A stretch of 64,000 bases of DNA from positions 32,001 through 96,000 of the forward strand of contig JBCCHT010000040.1 in NCBI GenBank assembly GCA_039028615.1. Direction: 5' to 3'. Position 1 is the stretch's first letter; every line of letters starts with the position of its first letter. Shown here piece by piece: positions 1 to 9,878 of this stretch. Position numbers and translations under genes: made by a program. Source of the DNA: Myxococcota bacterium (GTDB taxonomy: Bacteria > Myxococcota_A > Polyangia > Nannocystales > Nannocystaceae). The notes beneath the pieces were generated by a model. That model did not search any database, was not told the origin of the DNA, and saw only the letters and a program-made list of their open reading frames with translations.

Positions 1-294
1 GGCTGCCGACCCGCCCTGGTCCAGGTGCAGTGCGAGCCTCGGCTCCGTACCGAGCTGGCTGCGTTGAGCCCGGGCTCGAGTCGACTCGACGCTGATCCCC
101 AGCCCGTACGGGGACTGCGCAAGTCGTCCAGATCCGGCGAGCCCGGTTCGTCGTGGAGCTCCGGGTCGTGGGCCCCGTCACGGTGATGCTCGTTCGGCGG
201 CCGTTGGCTGCGCGTGCCTGAGGCTCGGGTTCGAGCCTGACCACCGCCCCTGCGCTCGGGTGGTCAGCGCCCCCAGGGCGGCTACCCTGGGGCC

Positions 295-1545
295 ATGCTT
301 AGTTTACGTTGCCTAGTAGCCTTGACTCCGCTGGTTGCGGTCGCGGTCATGGCTCCCCGACCGGCCGAGGCGTGCTCCCCCGATCCGTGTCAGGACTCCA
401 ACCGCTGGGTTGGCTTCGACCTGTCGGGCACGATCATCGCCCCCGATGGTGTGCTGCGGTTTTCCGCCGAGCGCCTGCCGGGGCCGGCGACGACCGAGGA
501 CGCGCTCGCGTACGTCGAGGTGACGGTCACCGATGAGATGGGCGCAACCATCGACGGCGCGCTCGAGTACCACGACGACTACCGGGCCTACGCCTGGCGG
601 CCGGCGGAGTCGCTGACCCCGAGCAGTGCCTACGGGGTGTCGATCAACGTCGACAACGATGCGCTGGCCGAGGCGCTCGACGAAAAGTGGATCGCCATGG
701 AGTCGTTCTGTGGGGAGAACTTCGCGACCGTCGGCATGATCGAGACGGCGAGCGAGCCCCTCGAGGCGCTGTCCCTGCCCGATCCTCTGTTGCATGACAC
801 CCACCACGTCGTCGAGATCGTCGATCTCGATACGCTGGCCTGCTGCAACGGGGCCTACCCCCTGCAAGAGGACCAAGGGTGTGGGTGGTACGAGGTGAGC
901 TGGGCGGACGGGCACTGCTCGTCGACGATGGCTTCGGGCACGCTCGAGGTCGAGGGGAGAATTTCCTTCGTCGAGCCCGAGGTGCTGGCCAATACGGTGG
1001 TCCGACTCGTCCAGACCGACGGTGATCGGCACAGCGCCAGCCCGGCCGGATCCCTGGCCGCATCGTTTCGGCACGACAGCCCGCTGTGTGTACAGCTCGA
1101 GGGCTACGACTTGGCCCACGGCACGACGTGGCTGAGCAAGGAGGAGTGCTTCGGGGAGGGCATCGCCGACCAGCTGGGGGTCCACGAGACCGACCCGACC
1201 GATGAGCTGTGGGACTCCTGCACCGAGCAGCCCTATACCTGCGAATCCGTCGACGGGGCGTGGGATCCGAAGCAGTGCATGCCCTTCGGCCCTCCATTCC
1301 CGGCCGGGTCCGACGAGGAGCTGCTCACCGACGACGGCACGGTGCCGGGCGAGACCGGGCTGGGTACCGGGTCGCAGGCGGATGGCAGCGGGACCGGTGT
1401 CGGGACGGGTGATGGCGGCGGAGGTGGCCAGGACGACGACGTCAGCGGCCGCGGTTGCTCGTGCCAGCAAAGCGGCCATACGGGCGGCCTCGCCGGTCTG
1501 TGGCTGCTGGTCGCCGGGGCTGCGCTTCGCCGACGTCGACGCTGA
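295..1545 (+). CDS. Secreted Cys-rich protein with Ig-like region and MYXO-CTERM sorting tail
   Basis: Signal peptide ending AEA-C; Gly/Asp/Thr linker; C-terminus RGCSCQQ...GLWLLVAGAALRRRRR. Confidence 0.8.
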   Translation: MLSLRCLVALTPLVAVAVMAPRPAEACSPDPCQDSNRWVGFDLSGTIIAPDGVLRFSAERLPGPATTEDALAYVEVTVTDEMGATIDGALEYHDDYRAYAWRPAESLTPSSAYGVSINVDNDALAEALDEKWIAMESFCGENFATVGMIETASEPLEALSLPDPLLHDTHHVVEIVDLDTLACCNGAYPLQEDQGCGWYEVSWADGHCSSTMASGTLEVEGRISFVEPEVLANTVVRLVQTDGDRHSASPAGSLAASFRHDSPLCVQLEGYDLAHGTTWLSKEECFGEGIADQLGVHETDPTDELWDSCTEQPYTCESVDGAWDPKQCMPFGPPFPAGSDEELLTDDGTVPGETGLGTGSQADGSGTGVGTGDGGGGGQDDDVSGRGCSCQQSGHTGGLAGLWLLVAGAALRRRRR

Positions 1546-1734
1546 ACGGAAGAGGGCCGCCGCCCGTGCACGGGGCACGAGCGGCGGCCAGAGGTACGAC
1601 GCGAGGGACTCGGGCCCGCGCCAGCCGTGGCCACGCTGGACCGTCGAGCCATGCACGCGTGGCTCGAGCACTACGGGGTGTCACATTGTCGATTGGTTTC
1701 GCCCGCAGGGTGAACCCGGGCGCGCGGACGAAGA

Positions 1735-2145
1735 TCAGTCGACGTGAACCGGCGCCTCGGAGGAATAGCCGTGGCGCACGCGAATGAAGGGGTCCGAGTA
1801 GATGTTCGTCGAGGCCTGGCTGGCGTGGATCCGCCACTCGACCTGGCCATCGGCGACTTGCACGTCGAGGCAGTCTTGGTCCGGTCCCCAGGTCGAGCCG
1901 CTCTTGCGCTGAAACTTGAAGGTCCAGCTCGACGACGAGTTGGAGGACACGCTCACCTGGCACTTGCCGTCTTTGTCACCGTTGTCTTCGATCTGGTCGT
2001 TGCAGCTCAGGGGGTTGACCGGGTTCATCTGCTGGGTGCAGTCGTGGTCGGTGAAGACGGTGCCGGTCGGGCTGATGCTCATGTTGTTGGACTCGACGAT
2101 GCACTTGATTTCGACGTCGCGGTTATCGATGTAGTACGTGGTCAT
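1735..2145 (-). CDS. Small hypothetical protein (136 aa), beta-rich, C-terminal DP motif
   Basis: ATG overlaps the kinase stop (ATGA, 2142-2145); AGGAAG RBS; ends IYSDPFIRV. Confidence 0.75.
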   Translation of the reverse strand: MTTYYIDNRDVEIKCIVESNNMSISPTGTVFTDHDCTQQMNPVNPLSCNDQIEDNGDKDGKCQVSVSSNSSSSWTFKFQRKSGSTWGPDQDCLDVQVADGQVEWRIHASQASTNIYSDPFIRVRHGYSSEAPVHVD

Positions 2146-5036
2146 GGGTCTGCTTCCTTTCCGGTGAGCCACCGGTTGATCGTGTTGGTGCGTTGTTGGC
2201 CGAGGGGGCCGAGGGCTTCGAAACCTTCACGAGCCTCCTTCGCCAGCGCGACGGCTCGGGTGGGGTCGGTGGTCGCTCGGGCGAGAGCCCACTGGATGCT
2301 GGCGAGGTTGTCGATGTCCCCGGGCTCGGCCTCGCGCAGCTCGAGGGCGCGTCGCAGCAACGGCCGGGCGCGCTCGGGGTGACCGAGCTCGAGCTCGGCC
2401 TCGCCCAGGCCCCGCATCGGGTACGAGAGCATCACGTCTTTGGGGCCCAAGGCGGGCTCGAGGCGGCCGAGCGCGGCGGAAAACTGGTCGTGCGCGGCCT
2501 GGAAGCGCCCCTGCCCGAGACGGCACTCACCCACGTTGCTCACCAGCAGGGCTCGCCATACGGGGTCGGCATCGGGCACTTCGTCCCAGGCGTCGATCGC
2601 CCGCAGGTAGCGACCGATGGCCAGCTCGTAGCTGCCCTGCAGCTGCGCCACGCTGCCCAAGACTCCCAAGACGTCGGCGCGTTGAGGCGCATCGATGAGC
2701 CCGGTTCGGCTGGCATCGAGGGCGGCGGAGGCCTTGGCGGCGTGGGCCCGGGCATCGTCGAGCTCCCCGGTCACCAGGGCCAGCTGGGTCAGGCCGATCT
2801 CGGCCACCACCACCATCGGGGTGGCCTCGCCCGCGGACTGCTCGTAGATCGCCAGGGCTTGCTCGTACTGGGTGCGCGCGATCTCGTCGTGGCCGAGTCG
2901 CGCGTGCAGCGTGGCGAGGTCGAGGTGCAAGTTCGCGGTGTTGACGTGCGCTCCGAGGGCTTCGTCGGCGACCTCGAGGCCGGCCTCGTAGTGCTCGATC
3001 GCTGGTCGATGCCGCCCGGACAGATCGTAGGCGGAGGCGAGATCGAGGTGGGACCGCACGAGGTCGACGTGAGAGCCCGGCGGCGCGTCTTGGTGCCAGG
3101 CCAGGACTTCGGTGAACGCATCGATGGCCAGCGGGTAGTCGCGATGCAGCAGGGCGACCTTGCCCTCGCGGCGACGCAGCTCCATGGTGCGCACCGGGTC
3201 GTTGCCGAGCCGGGCGAGCTTGGCTCGGGCTTGTCGAACCCAGGCATCGGCCGCGGTGGCGCGCTCGACCTGCGCCGCGAGGTCGGCGAGGCTCATCAGC
3301 ACGGTGAACGCGGTGTCGTCGTCGCGGCTCGACTCGGCCAGGGTCAGGGCGGCGGACAAGTCGGTGTCGGCTCGATCGAACTGCCGGGTCTGGACCCGCA
3401 GCCATCCCCGCTCCGCCAGCGCCTCGGCGTGCAGCGGCGCATGGTCGAGGGCGGCGGCTCGGCTGACGATCTGGTGGGTCTGGGTCAGCGCGGCGCGGTG
3501 TTCTCCGAGCCGCCCGCGAGCGCGCGCCGAAGCGAGCGCCCGGCGTTGCTCCGCGACGGAGCCGGCGATCTGGGCGGGAGCGGGAGGCGGGCCGTCGAGC
3601 AGCCGCTGCGTCTCGGCGCACGGGTGCAGGCTGGGCAGGCCTGCGGCGGCGACAGGGGCGTGGGCTCGCCCCGCGTCATCCGTCCGGCTCACCGCGTCCA
3701 CGAGCGCCCGAAAGTGGATCATGCGCGTGTCGAGGCACGCGGTGCGCCGCTCGTAGCCGCCCGCGCCGATGGTCCGCTGCTCGAAGTGGGCATCGCAGGC
3801 CTCGGCCCGTTGCTCGACCCAGTCGCTGGCGTAGGCATCGAGGATGGGCGCGAGCCGCTGCCATGCCCGTCCACCCGCGTCCGTCTCCGCCTGCATCGCG
3901 GTCTCGAGCTCGGCGCGCTGACGGGAGGTCCACCCGGGGGCGGAGGCGTGGGTGAGGCCCTCGCAGGGCTGCTCGGCGGGCCACAGCGCGGCCGTGAACG
4001 CGCCTACGCTCAGCAGCGCGGAGCCGGCCAGGCCCAGGTGGAGCCGGGTTCGTCTCCGCAGGCCCCGTTCGAGAGCACCCAGCAGCGCGGTCATGTCGGG
4101 GTGACGCCGCTGTGGATCGAGGGCCAGGCCGCGGCTCACCACCGCGACGAGCCACGGGGGCGGGGGGCGATGGTCTCCGCTACGACCGGGCCACGTCAGC
4201 GGCTCGCGCTGGGCGACGGTGAGGGCCTCGACGGTCTCGGCGTGAAACGGTCGCTGGCCGCAGAGCGCCTCGAAGAGCGCGACACAGAAGCTGAACTGGT
4301 CGCTGCGGGCGTCGGCGCTCTTGCGCTGCAGCTGTTCGGGCGCCATGTACAGCAGCGTGCCCATGAGGCTGCCGGCCTTGGTCAGCGGAGCGGAGCCGGC
4401 CTCGGAGTTTCCGGTCACGGAATCCGAGGGCGAAGAGGGGAGCCCCACGTCGCGCGCCAGGCCGAAGTCGAGGACCCGCACCTGACCGTCCTCTTCGACG
4501 ATGCAGTTGTGGGGCTTGAAGTCGCGGTGCACGAGGCCCTGGGCATGCGCGGCCGCGAGCCCTCGTCCCGCGTCGAGATAGTGCTGCACCACCGAGCGCC
4601 AAGGCCGAGGCTCGGCCCCCTGCCACTGGGCCAGGGTCTGGCCGCGGGCCAGCTCCATCGCGATGAAGGGGCAGCCCTCGATGATCCCCGTGTCGTAGAT
4701 CTGCACGACGTTCGGGTGGGAGAGGCGGGCGAGGGCGCGGGCCTCCCGGAGCATGCGGGCACGAGCGCGGTGACCCGGGTCGCGACGGCGTAGCAGCTTG
4801 AGCGCGACCGGCCGTCCCAGGGTCTCGTCTTGGGCCTCGAACACCATGCCCATGCCGCCGCGACCGAGGAAACCGTGGACCAGGAAGCGGCCGAGCTCAC
4901 GGTGGGGCAGCGGGGTATTGGTGAGCTCCGCCCAGGCGACATCCTTGTGCAGCGCGGCCACCACCCCGGCGCTTGCATCGTCGGAACCGTACGAACCCGG
5001 TTCTGGAGAGTCTTCGTCGGAGATGGTGTGGTTCAT
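2142..5036 (-). CDS. Membrane Ser/Thr protein kinase with C-terminal TPR repeats
   Basis: GRGGMG, VALK, HRDFKPHN, DFG and APE motifs; TM segment; TPR-like helical repeats; alternative start at 5108. Confidence 0.93.
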   Translation of the reverse strand: MNHTISDEDSPEPGSYGSDDASAGVVAALHKDVAWAELTNTPLPHRELGRFLVHGFLGRGGMGMVFEAQDETLGRPVALKLLRRRDPGHRARARMLREARALARLSHPNVVQIYDTGIIEGCPFIAMELARGQTLAQWQGAEPRPWRSVVQHYLDAGRGLAAAHAQGLVHRDFKPHNCIVEEDGQVRVLDFGLARDVGLPSSPSDSVTGNSEAGSAPLTKAGSLMGTLLYMAPEQLQRKSADARSDQFSFCVALFEALCGQRPFHAETVEALTVAQREPLTWPGRSGDHRPPPPWLVAVVSRGLALDPQRRHPDMTALLGALERGLRRRTRLHLGLAGSALLSVGAFTAALWPAEQPCEGLTHASAPGWTSRQRAELETAMQAETDAGGRAWQRLAPILDAYASDWVEQRAEACDAHFEQRTIGAGGYERRTACLDTRMIHFRALVDAVSRTDDAGRAHAPVAAAGLPSLHPCAETQRLLDGPPPAPAQIAGSVAEQRRALASARARGRLGEHRAALTQTHQIVSRAAALDHAPLHAEALAERGWLRVQTRQFDRADTDLSAALTLAESSRDDDTAFTVLMSLADLAAQVERATAADAWVRQARAKLARLGNDPVRTMELRRREGKVALLHRDYPLAIDAFTEVLAWHQDAPPGSHVDLVRSHLDLASAYDLSGRHRPAIEHYEAGLEVADEALGAHVNTANLHLDLATLHARLGHDEIARTQYEQALAIYEQSAGEATPMVVVAEIGLTQLALVTGELDDARAHAAKASAALDASRTGLIDAPQRADVLGVLGSVAQLQGSYELAIGRYLRAIDAWDEVPDADPVWRALLVSNVGECRLGQGRFQAAHDQFSAALGRLEPALGPKDVMLSYPMRGLGEAELELGHPERARPLLRRALELREAEPGDIDNLASIQWALARATTDPTRAVALAKEAREGFEALGPLGQQRTNTINRWLTGKEADP

Positions 5037-5141
5037 GCGTCGGGGAGCCCCGGTGCGCTCCTGGGCAATGCTCGACGAGGCAGTCGGTGCGCGCCTTCGG
5101 CTGATCACGTCATCGGGAAAAAATGTCGGCGGCAGTGCGGC

Positions 5142-5747
5142 CTACAGGAGGGAGCTGCGAACGCGTCGGGCCCAGCCCTCGAGGTCTTCGGGGACCGCCT
5201 CGGACTCGGTGGGGGTCGAAAGCTCCTGCAACACGCGACGCAGCTGCTCTCGGCCTCGTCGCAGGCGGCTGCGGGCGGTCCCGGCCGGAATGTCGAGCGC
5301 GGTCGCAATCTCGAACGAGCTCATCTCCTCCCAGTAGAACATCTCGAGCACGATCTGCAGCTCGAGCGGGATCCGTCGCAAGGCGGCGAGCAGCATGCGC
5401 TGGTCATCGTTGCCGCGGACCACCGTGCTGGGACCGGGAGCGAGGTCTTCGAAGGAGCACGAGTCGAGACCCTCGGCGATGCCGTGCCGATAGCGGCGAC
5501 GGTAGTGCTCGCGCAGGCGGTTGTAGGCGACGCTGAACAGGTACGATCGGAAGTTGGCGTCTTCGCGGATCCGACTCGAGCCGCGGACGCAGGCGGCAAA
5601 GACGTCTTGCACGAAGTCCTCGGGTTCCGCGTCGACCTTGTTGAGGAAGAACCGGCTCAGGGCGTCGAAGTATCGCTCGAAGAGCGCGCGCCCTGCCTTG
5701 GAGTCGCCGGCACGCCAGCTCGCCAGTAGCTCCGCGTCTCCCTGCAT
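5142..5747 (-). CDS. ECF-type RNA polymerase sigma factor
   Basis: Region 2 (EDFVQDVF, FRSYLFSVAYN) and region 4 (EIATALDIPAGTARSRLRRGR). Confidence 0.92.
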   Translation of the reverse strand: MQGDAELLASWRAGDSKAGRALFERYFDALSRFFLNKVDAEPEDFVQDVFAACVRGSSRIREDANFRSYLFSVAYNRLREHYRRRYRHGIAEGLDSCSFEDLAPGPSTVVRGNDDQRMLLAALRRIPLELQIVLEMFYWEEMSSFEIATALDIPAGTARSRLRRGREQLRRVLQELSTPTESEAVPEDLEGWARRVRSSLL

Positions 5748-5894
5748 GGGCGCCGAGCGTACTACGCAGACCTGCGGTCGCGACGGAACAATCGCGGCCC
5801 GGTTGGGGCCCGAATCGTCAGCCGAGCGATTGCGCGCGAACGGGCCCCGACGGCGAAGGCCAGGACCCGTGATGAGGATGAGCGCGGGGGAGGG

Positions 5895-6650
5895 TCAGAG
5901 CATGAGCGCCGCGAGCCCGCCGAACGCGAACGAGACCGACAGCGGGGTATACAGCTCGTCGTCGAGCTGGCCGAAGCGGGTGTCGCGTTGCTTCTTGCTG
6001 AAGCCGACATAGCGCCCGTCCCCCACGGCTCGTACGCCGAACACGAGCGTCGCGAAGATGACGAGCAGGTCGAGGCCGGGCATCGCGATGCCCAGCGCTC
6101 GCAGCGTGAACAGGGTTGCCGTGCTCAGCAGCGCCACGCCGACGCCAGCGGTGAGCCACGCGGGGGGTTGGAACACGGGCCCACCGCCGGGCTCGGTGGG
6201 GATGGCGGCCGAGAGATCGATGTGGGGTCGCGCCGCCCAGTACAGGTGAATGAGGCCGATGACCGCCAGCGTGGCGGCAGCCGAGATGCTGACGCCGAGC
6301 AGTAGACCAGGGCTCAATAGTTCACTCTGCGCCGCGGCAGCTGCGGCGGTGCCGAAGAACAGCGGCCACGCCAGGTGCCCGCGCAGGGTGAAGAAGATGA
6401 CGAGGCCCGACACGGCGGCCACGGCCGCGAGCACGACCCAGATCGACGCGCCCAGGGCGATGGCGGCGAGACCGAGCCAGGCGAGCGACGTCAGGTGCCA
6501 TGCGAAGCGAAGGATGCGCTCGGAGGCCCAGCGGGGGATGGGCAATTCCCAGTCGCGAGCGAAGAGGGGGCGGATGAGACCGAGTTCGCCGAGGACCGAG
6601 TGGGCGACGGCGAGCAGGCTGAAACCGGCTGCAGTGATGACAGGAGCCAT
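5895..6650 (-). CDS. DUF3995-like multi-pass membrane protein
   Basis: Hydrophobic; IHLYWA...RAVGDGRYVGF...LYTPL motif; divergent from TetR gene. Confidence 0.75.
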   Translation of the reverse strand: MAPVITAAGFSLLAVAHSVLGELGLIRPLFARDWELPIPRWASERILRFAWHLTSLAWLGLAAIALGASIWVVLAAVAAVSGLVIFFTLRGHLAWPLFFGTAAAAAAQSELLSPGLLLGVSISAAATLAVIGLIHLYWAARPHIDLSAAIPTEPGGGPVFQPPAWLTAGVGVALLSTATLFTLRALGIAMPGLDLLVIFATLVFGVRAVGDGRYVGFSKKQRDTRFGQLDDELYTPLSVSFAFGGLAALML

Positions 6651-6673
6651 GAAAACACGCCTTCTAGTGGGGT

Positions 6674-6724
6674 GACCATACCGGGTGGTATGGTCGGGTT
6701 GTTCGGAACATACCACCTGGTATG
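6674..6724. promoter_or_regulatory. Two TetR-type operators (CATACC-N4-GGTATG)
   Basis: GACCATACC-gggt-GGTATGGTC at 6674-6695 and CATACC-acct-GGTATG at 6709-6724, between divergent genes. Confidence 0.8.
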
Positions 6725-6746
6725 GTGGGCGCAACGAAGATCGTTC

Positions 6747-7298
6747 ATGGCTCGACTGGAACGCGACGATTGGTTGAAGGCGGCCTTTGCCGCCCTGTGC
6801 GAGTCCGGGGTGCAGCAGGTCCGCATCAACCCGCTCTGTGCTCGGCTGGGCGTGACCAAGGGCAGCTTCTATTGGCACTTCGAAAGCCGAGCCGCGTTGC
6901 TGGCCGCGATGCTCGAGGGCTGGGAGCAGCGCGGCACCGAGGCGATCATCGAGAGGGTGGACGGGGCCGACGGGGATGCGACCGATCACCTGCGGCTGTT
7001 GGTACGCACGGTCTTTGCCGAAGATCCCGAGGTCGACGGCATCGAAGCCGGGATCCGGGCCTGGGCCGCGCACGACCCCATGGCCGCGGAGGCGGTGGCC
7101 AGGGTGGATGCCCGCCGGCTCGATTATGTCCGCGACCTGCTGCGGGCCACCGGGCTCAGTCGGGCGGTCGCGGCCCATCGCAGCGCGCTGCTGTATCGCA
7201 CGCTGATCGGCGAGTTCACCTGGCGCAGCCACGGCGGCGAGGCGCTGAGCACCCGCGCGCTCGATCAGCTGTGCACGATGATCACGAGCGAGCGCTAG
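6747..7298 (+). CDS. TetR/AcrR family regulator
   Basis: N-terminal HTH LCARLGVTKGSFYWHF. Confidence 0.93.
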   Translation: MARLERDDWLKAAFAALCESGVQQVRINPLCARLGVTKGSFYWHFESRAALLAAMLEGWEQRGTEAIIERVDGADGDATDHLRLLVRTVFAEDPEVDGIEAGIRAWAAHDPMAAEAVARVDARRLDYVRDLLRATGLSRAVAAHRSALLYRTLIGEFTWRSHGGEALSTRALDQLCTMITSER

Positions 7299-8307
7299 AG
7301 CGCTGGAGGTTGAAGCCGGCGCCCATGCACTCGTCGTCGGTCTGCACGAAATCGCTGACCTGCACCACGGCGGAGCGCAGCCACTTGTTGGCGGGGTCCT
7401 CGTCGAAGCGCTCGTGCCAGGTCATCACCAGCAGCGTGTCGGGCAAGGCCACGGGCGGCTCGAGCAGCGACAGCGAGAGCATGCCGGCCAGGGTCTCGGC
7501 GAGCCCGCGCGCCAGGGTCACCGCGAGGTCGGAGGTCGCGGCCATGAACAAGCTGCTGGAAAAATGGGTGATGCGAGCGATGACGTCGCGCTCGAGGCCG
7601 CGAGCGGCGAGCGCTTCGTCGATGGGGGACTGCCCCAGGCCGCCTGGCGGGTGCAGCTGGATGTGGCGCAACGCCAGGTAGCGCTCGAGGGTGAGCCCGC
7701 CTTCGGCCTCGGCCTGGGCGACGACGGGGTGACCGTTGCGGACCACGCAGGCCCACGGCTCGCGCGCCAGCACTCGCCGACGCAGGCCCGGGAACTTGGC
7801 GCCGATGGTGGTCTCGATGTCCGGGCCGATGACCAGGTCGACCTCGCCTTCCTGCAGCGCCACCATCGTGCTCGGCCCGAGGGGGCGCCCGTGCACGCGG
7901 ATCCCCGGAGCCTCGCGCGACAGCAGCTCGAGCAGCGGAGGCAAGCCGAGCATCTCCACTGCGTCCTTGGTGGCGATGGTGAAGGTGCGCTCGGCGGTGG
8001 CGGGGTCGAAGGACAGCTCGCCGCGGATGGCCCGGGTCAGGTCGAAGAGGGCGCGATGAACGGGCCCCTGCAGGGTCTCCGCCAGCGGGCTGGTGACCAT
8101 GCCGCCACGGCCTCCTACAAGTAGGGGATCGTCGAACATCTCTCGGAGGCGGCGGAGCTGGTGGCTCATTGCCGACTGACTGAGGCCCAGCTGTTTGGCG
8201 GCTCGGGTGACGCTGCGCTCGCGTAGGAGCGTGTCCAGGCTGACCAGCAGGTTCACGTCGATCTTGGATAGATGCATCTGCTGCATGGGGTCATCCGAAG
8301 GATTCAT
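7282..8307 (-). CDS. LysR family regulator
   Basis: IDVNLL...SVTRAAKQLGLSQSAMSHQLRRLR...FDDPL; substrate domain ending DPANKWLR; start may be 8286 or 8277. Confidence 0.92.
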   Translation of the reverse strand: MNPSDDPMQQMHLSKIDVNLLVSLDTLLRERSVTRAAKQLGLSQSAMSHQLRRLREMFDDPLLVGGRGGMVTSPLAETLQGPVHRALFDLTRAIRGELSFDPATAERTFTIATKDAVEMLGLPPLLELLSREAPGIRVHGRPLGPSTMVALQEGEVDLVIGPDIETTIGAKFPGLRRRVLAREPWACVVRNGHPVVAQAEAEGGLTLERYLALRHIQLHPPGGLGQSPIDEALAARGLERDVIARITHFSSSLFMAATSDLAVTLARGLAETLAGMLSLSLLEPPVALPDTLLVMTWHERFDEDPANKWLRSAVVQVSDFVQTDDECMGAGFNLQRSSARS

Positions 8308-8447
8308 TGGAAGAATACATCCCTGGGTGCGAGCTTCCAGGCATAGAATCGACGTTCCCCGCTGCCGCCCGGCGGGGACATCGCGTTCATCGTCGCCGAT
8401 CGGCGAGCCCGACCGCGGCTCCGCGGCGTTCACCGAAGGACACGTCC

Positions 8448-9821
8448 ATGACTCATCGTCACGCCTCCGTTTTCGCGGGTCTCACCGCCCTCGCGCTGTC
8501 GTCCGCGTGTGCCGACGACGGCCAGACCCCACCCGCCGACACCGACGAGCCCGAAGCCACGGGCACCAGCACGGGCGAGGCCGCCGACCAAGTCCTCTAT
8601 CACGAGGACATCCGACCGATCCTCGCGCAGCACTGTGGCTCGTGCCACTCCGAGGGCGCGATCGGCCCGTTCACCATCCAGGACTACGAGGAAACGCGGG
8701 AGTGGGGCGGGGCCATCTTGGCCGCGATGCAGGCCCGCACGATGCCGCCCTTCGGCGTGAACAACGATGGCAGCTGCAACACCTTCACCGACGCGCGCTG
8801 GGTGAGCGACGAGGAGATCGAGGCCGTCGCCGCCTGGGTCGAAGCCGACTATCCCGAGGGAGACGCGTCGATCCCCACCCCGGACAACCCGCAGCTCGCC
8901 ACGCTGACGGGGGAGGTGACCAACCTCGGCCTGCCGCTCTACGAGCCGCAGGTCGTCCCCGAGTACGGGGGCTTCGAGGACTATCACTGCTTCGCCGTCG
9001 AGCTCGACATCGACGAGCCGCAGTTCATCACCGGGTTCGACGTCGCGCCCGGCAACGCGCAGCTGGTGCACCACGTGCTCGGCTTCCGGGTCGACCCCGA
9101 CTTCTTCGGCAACCGCGAGCAGATGGAAGCGCTCGACGCCATGAGCCCCGACGTGCCCGGCTGGGACTGCTTTGGGGCGGCGGGCGACGACGTGTTTCCG
9201 GCGGGCGTGCCCGTGACCTGGGCGCCCGGCACCGGGGCGGTCGAGTACCCCGAAGGCACGGGCATCCGCTTCGAGCCGGGCGACGTGCTGGTCGTGCAGA
9301 TGCACTACGACCTGGCCGAAGCCTCGGGCATGGACCAGTCCGAGGTGCTGCTCAAGCTGGCCCCCGAGGTCGAGCGCGAGGCCCATCAGATCCTGTGGGA
9401 CCCGTTCTTGTTCTCCGAGCAGTTCGGCAACCCGCTGCAGCTACCCCCGGGGGAGCAGGCCGCCACGTACACGTGGGACGAGCAGATGCGGGAGATGACC
9501 GCGCTCGACAACTCCGGCGCGGGCAACTACGAGGAGGTCGAGATCCTGGGCCTCATCCCGCACATGCACCAGCGGGGCACCACCATGACCATCGACTTCG
9601 AGACCGAAGCGTCGGGCATGCAGTGCGGGGCCGATGTCGATCGCTGGGACTTCAACTGGCAGATCAACTACTTCCTCGAGGAGCCCCTGCGGGTGTCGAT
9701 GACCGACCGCATGCACGTGACCTGCGAGTGGAACACCATGGGCGACACCAATCCCATCTTCCCCGGGTTCGGCTCCGACGACGAGATGTGCCTCGTCGGG
9801 GTGATGTTCGCCCCGCTGTGA
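8448..9821 (+). CDS. Lipoprotein: cytochrome c domain fused to copper type II (PHM/DBH-like) monooxygenase
   Basis: Lipobox LSSAC; CGSCH and MPP; VHHV, QMHY, PHMH and DEMC copper-ligand motifs. Confidence 0.8.
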   Translation: MTHRHASVFAGLTALALSSACADDGQTPPADTDEPEATGTSTGEAADQVLYHEDIRPILAQHCGSCHSEGAIGPFTIQDYEETREWGGAILAAMQARTMPPFGVNNDGSCNTFTDARWVSDEEIEAVAAWVEADYPEGDASIPTPDNPQLATLTGEVTNLGLPLYEPQVVPEYGGFEDYHCFAVELDIDEPQFITGFDVAPGNAQLVHHVLGFRVDPDFFGNREQMEALDAMSPDVPGWDCFGAAGDDVFPAGVPVTWAPGTGAVEYPEGTGIRFEPGDVLVVQMHYDLAEASGMDQSEVLLKLAPEVEREAHQILWDPFLFSEQFGNPLQLPPGEQAATYTWDEQMREMTALDNSGAGNYEEVEILGLIPHMHQRGTTMTIDFETEASGMQCGADVDRWDFNWQINYFLEEPLRVSMTDRMHVTCEWNTMGDTNPIFPGFGSDDEMCLVGVMFAPL

Positions 9822-9834
9822 GCGGGCGAGACCA

Positions 9835-9868
9835 ATCCCGGGGCCGCCATCGCTGCGGTCCCCGGGAT
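9835..9868. terminator. GC-rich hairpin between convergent genes
   Basis: ATCCCGGGG-CCGC pairs with GCGG-T-CCCCGGGAT. Confidence 0.5.
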
Positions 9869-9878
9869 GCGGCGCGTC

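Noticed and set aside
1..294. Possible gene end or structured element at the window start
   Set aside because: Only short GC hairpins and no interpretable frame; insufficient context
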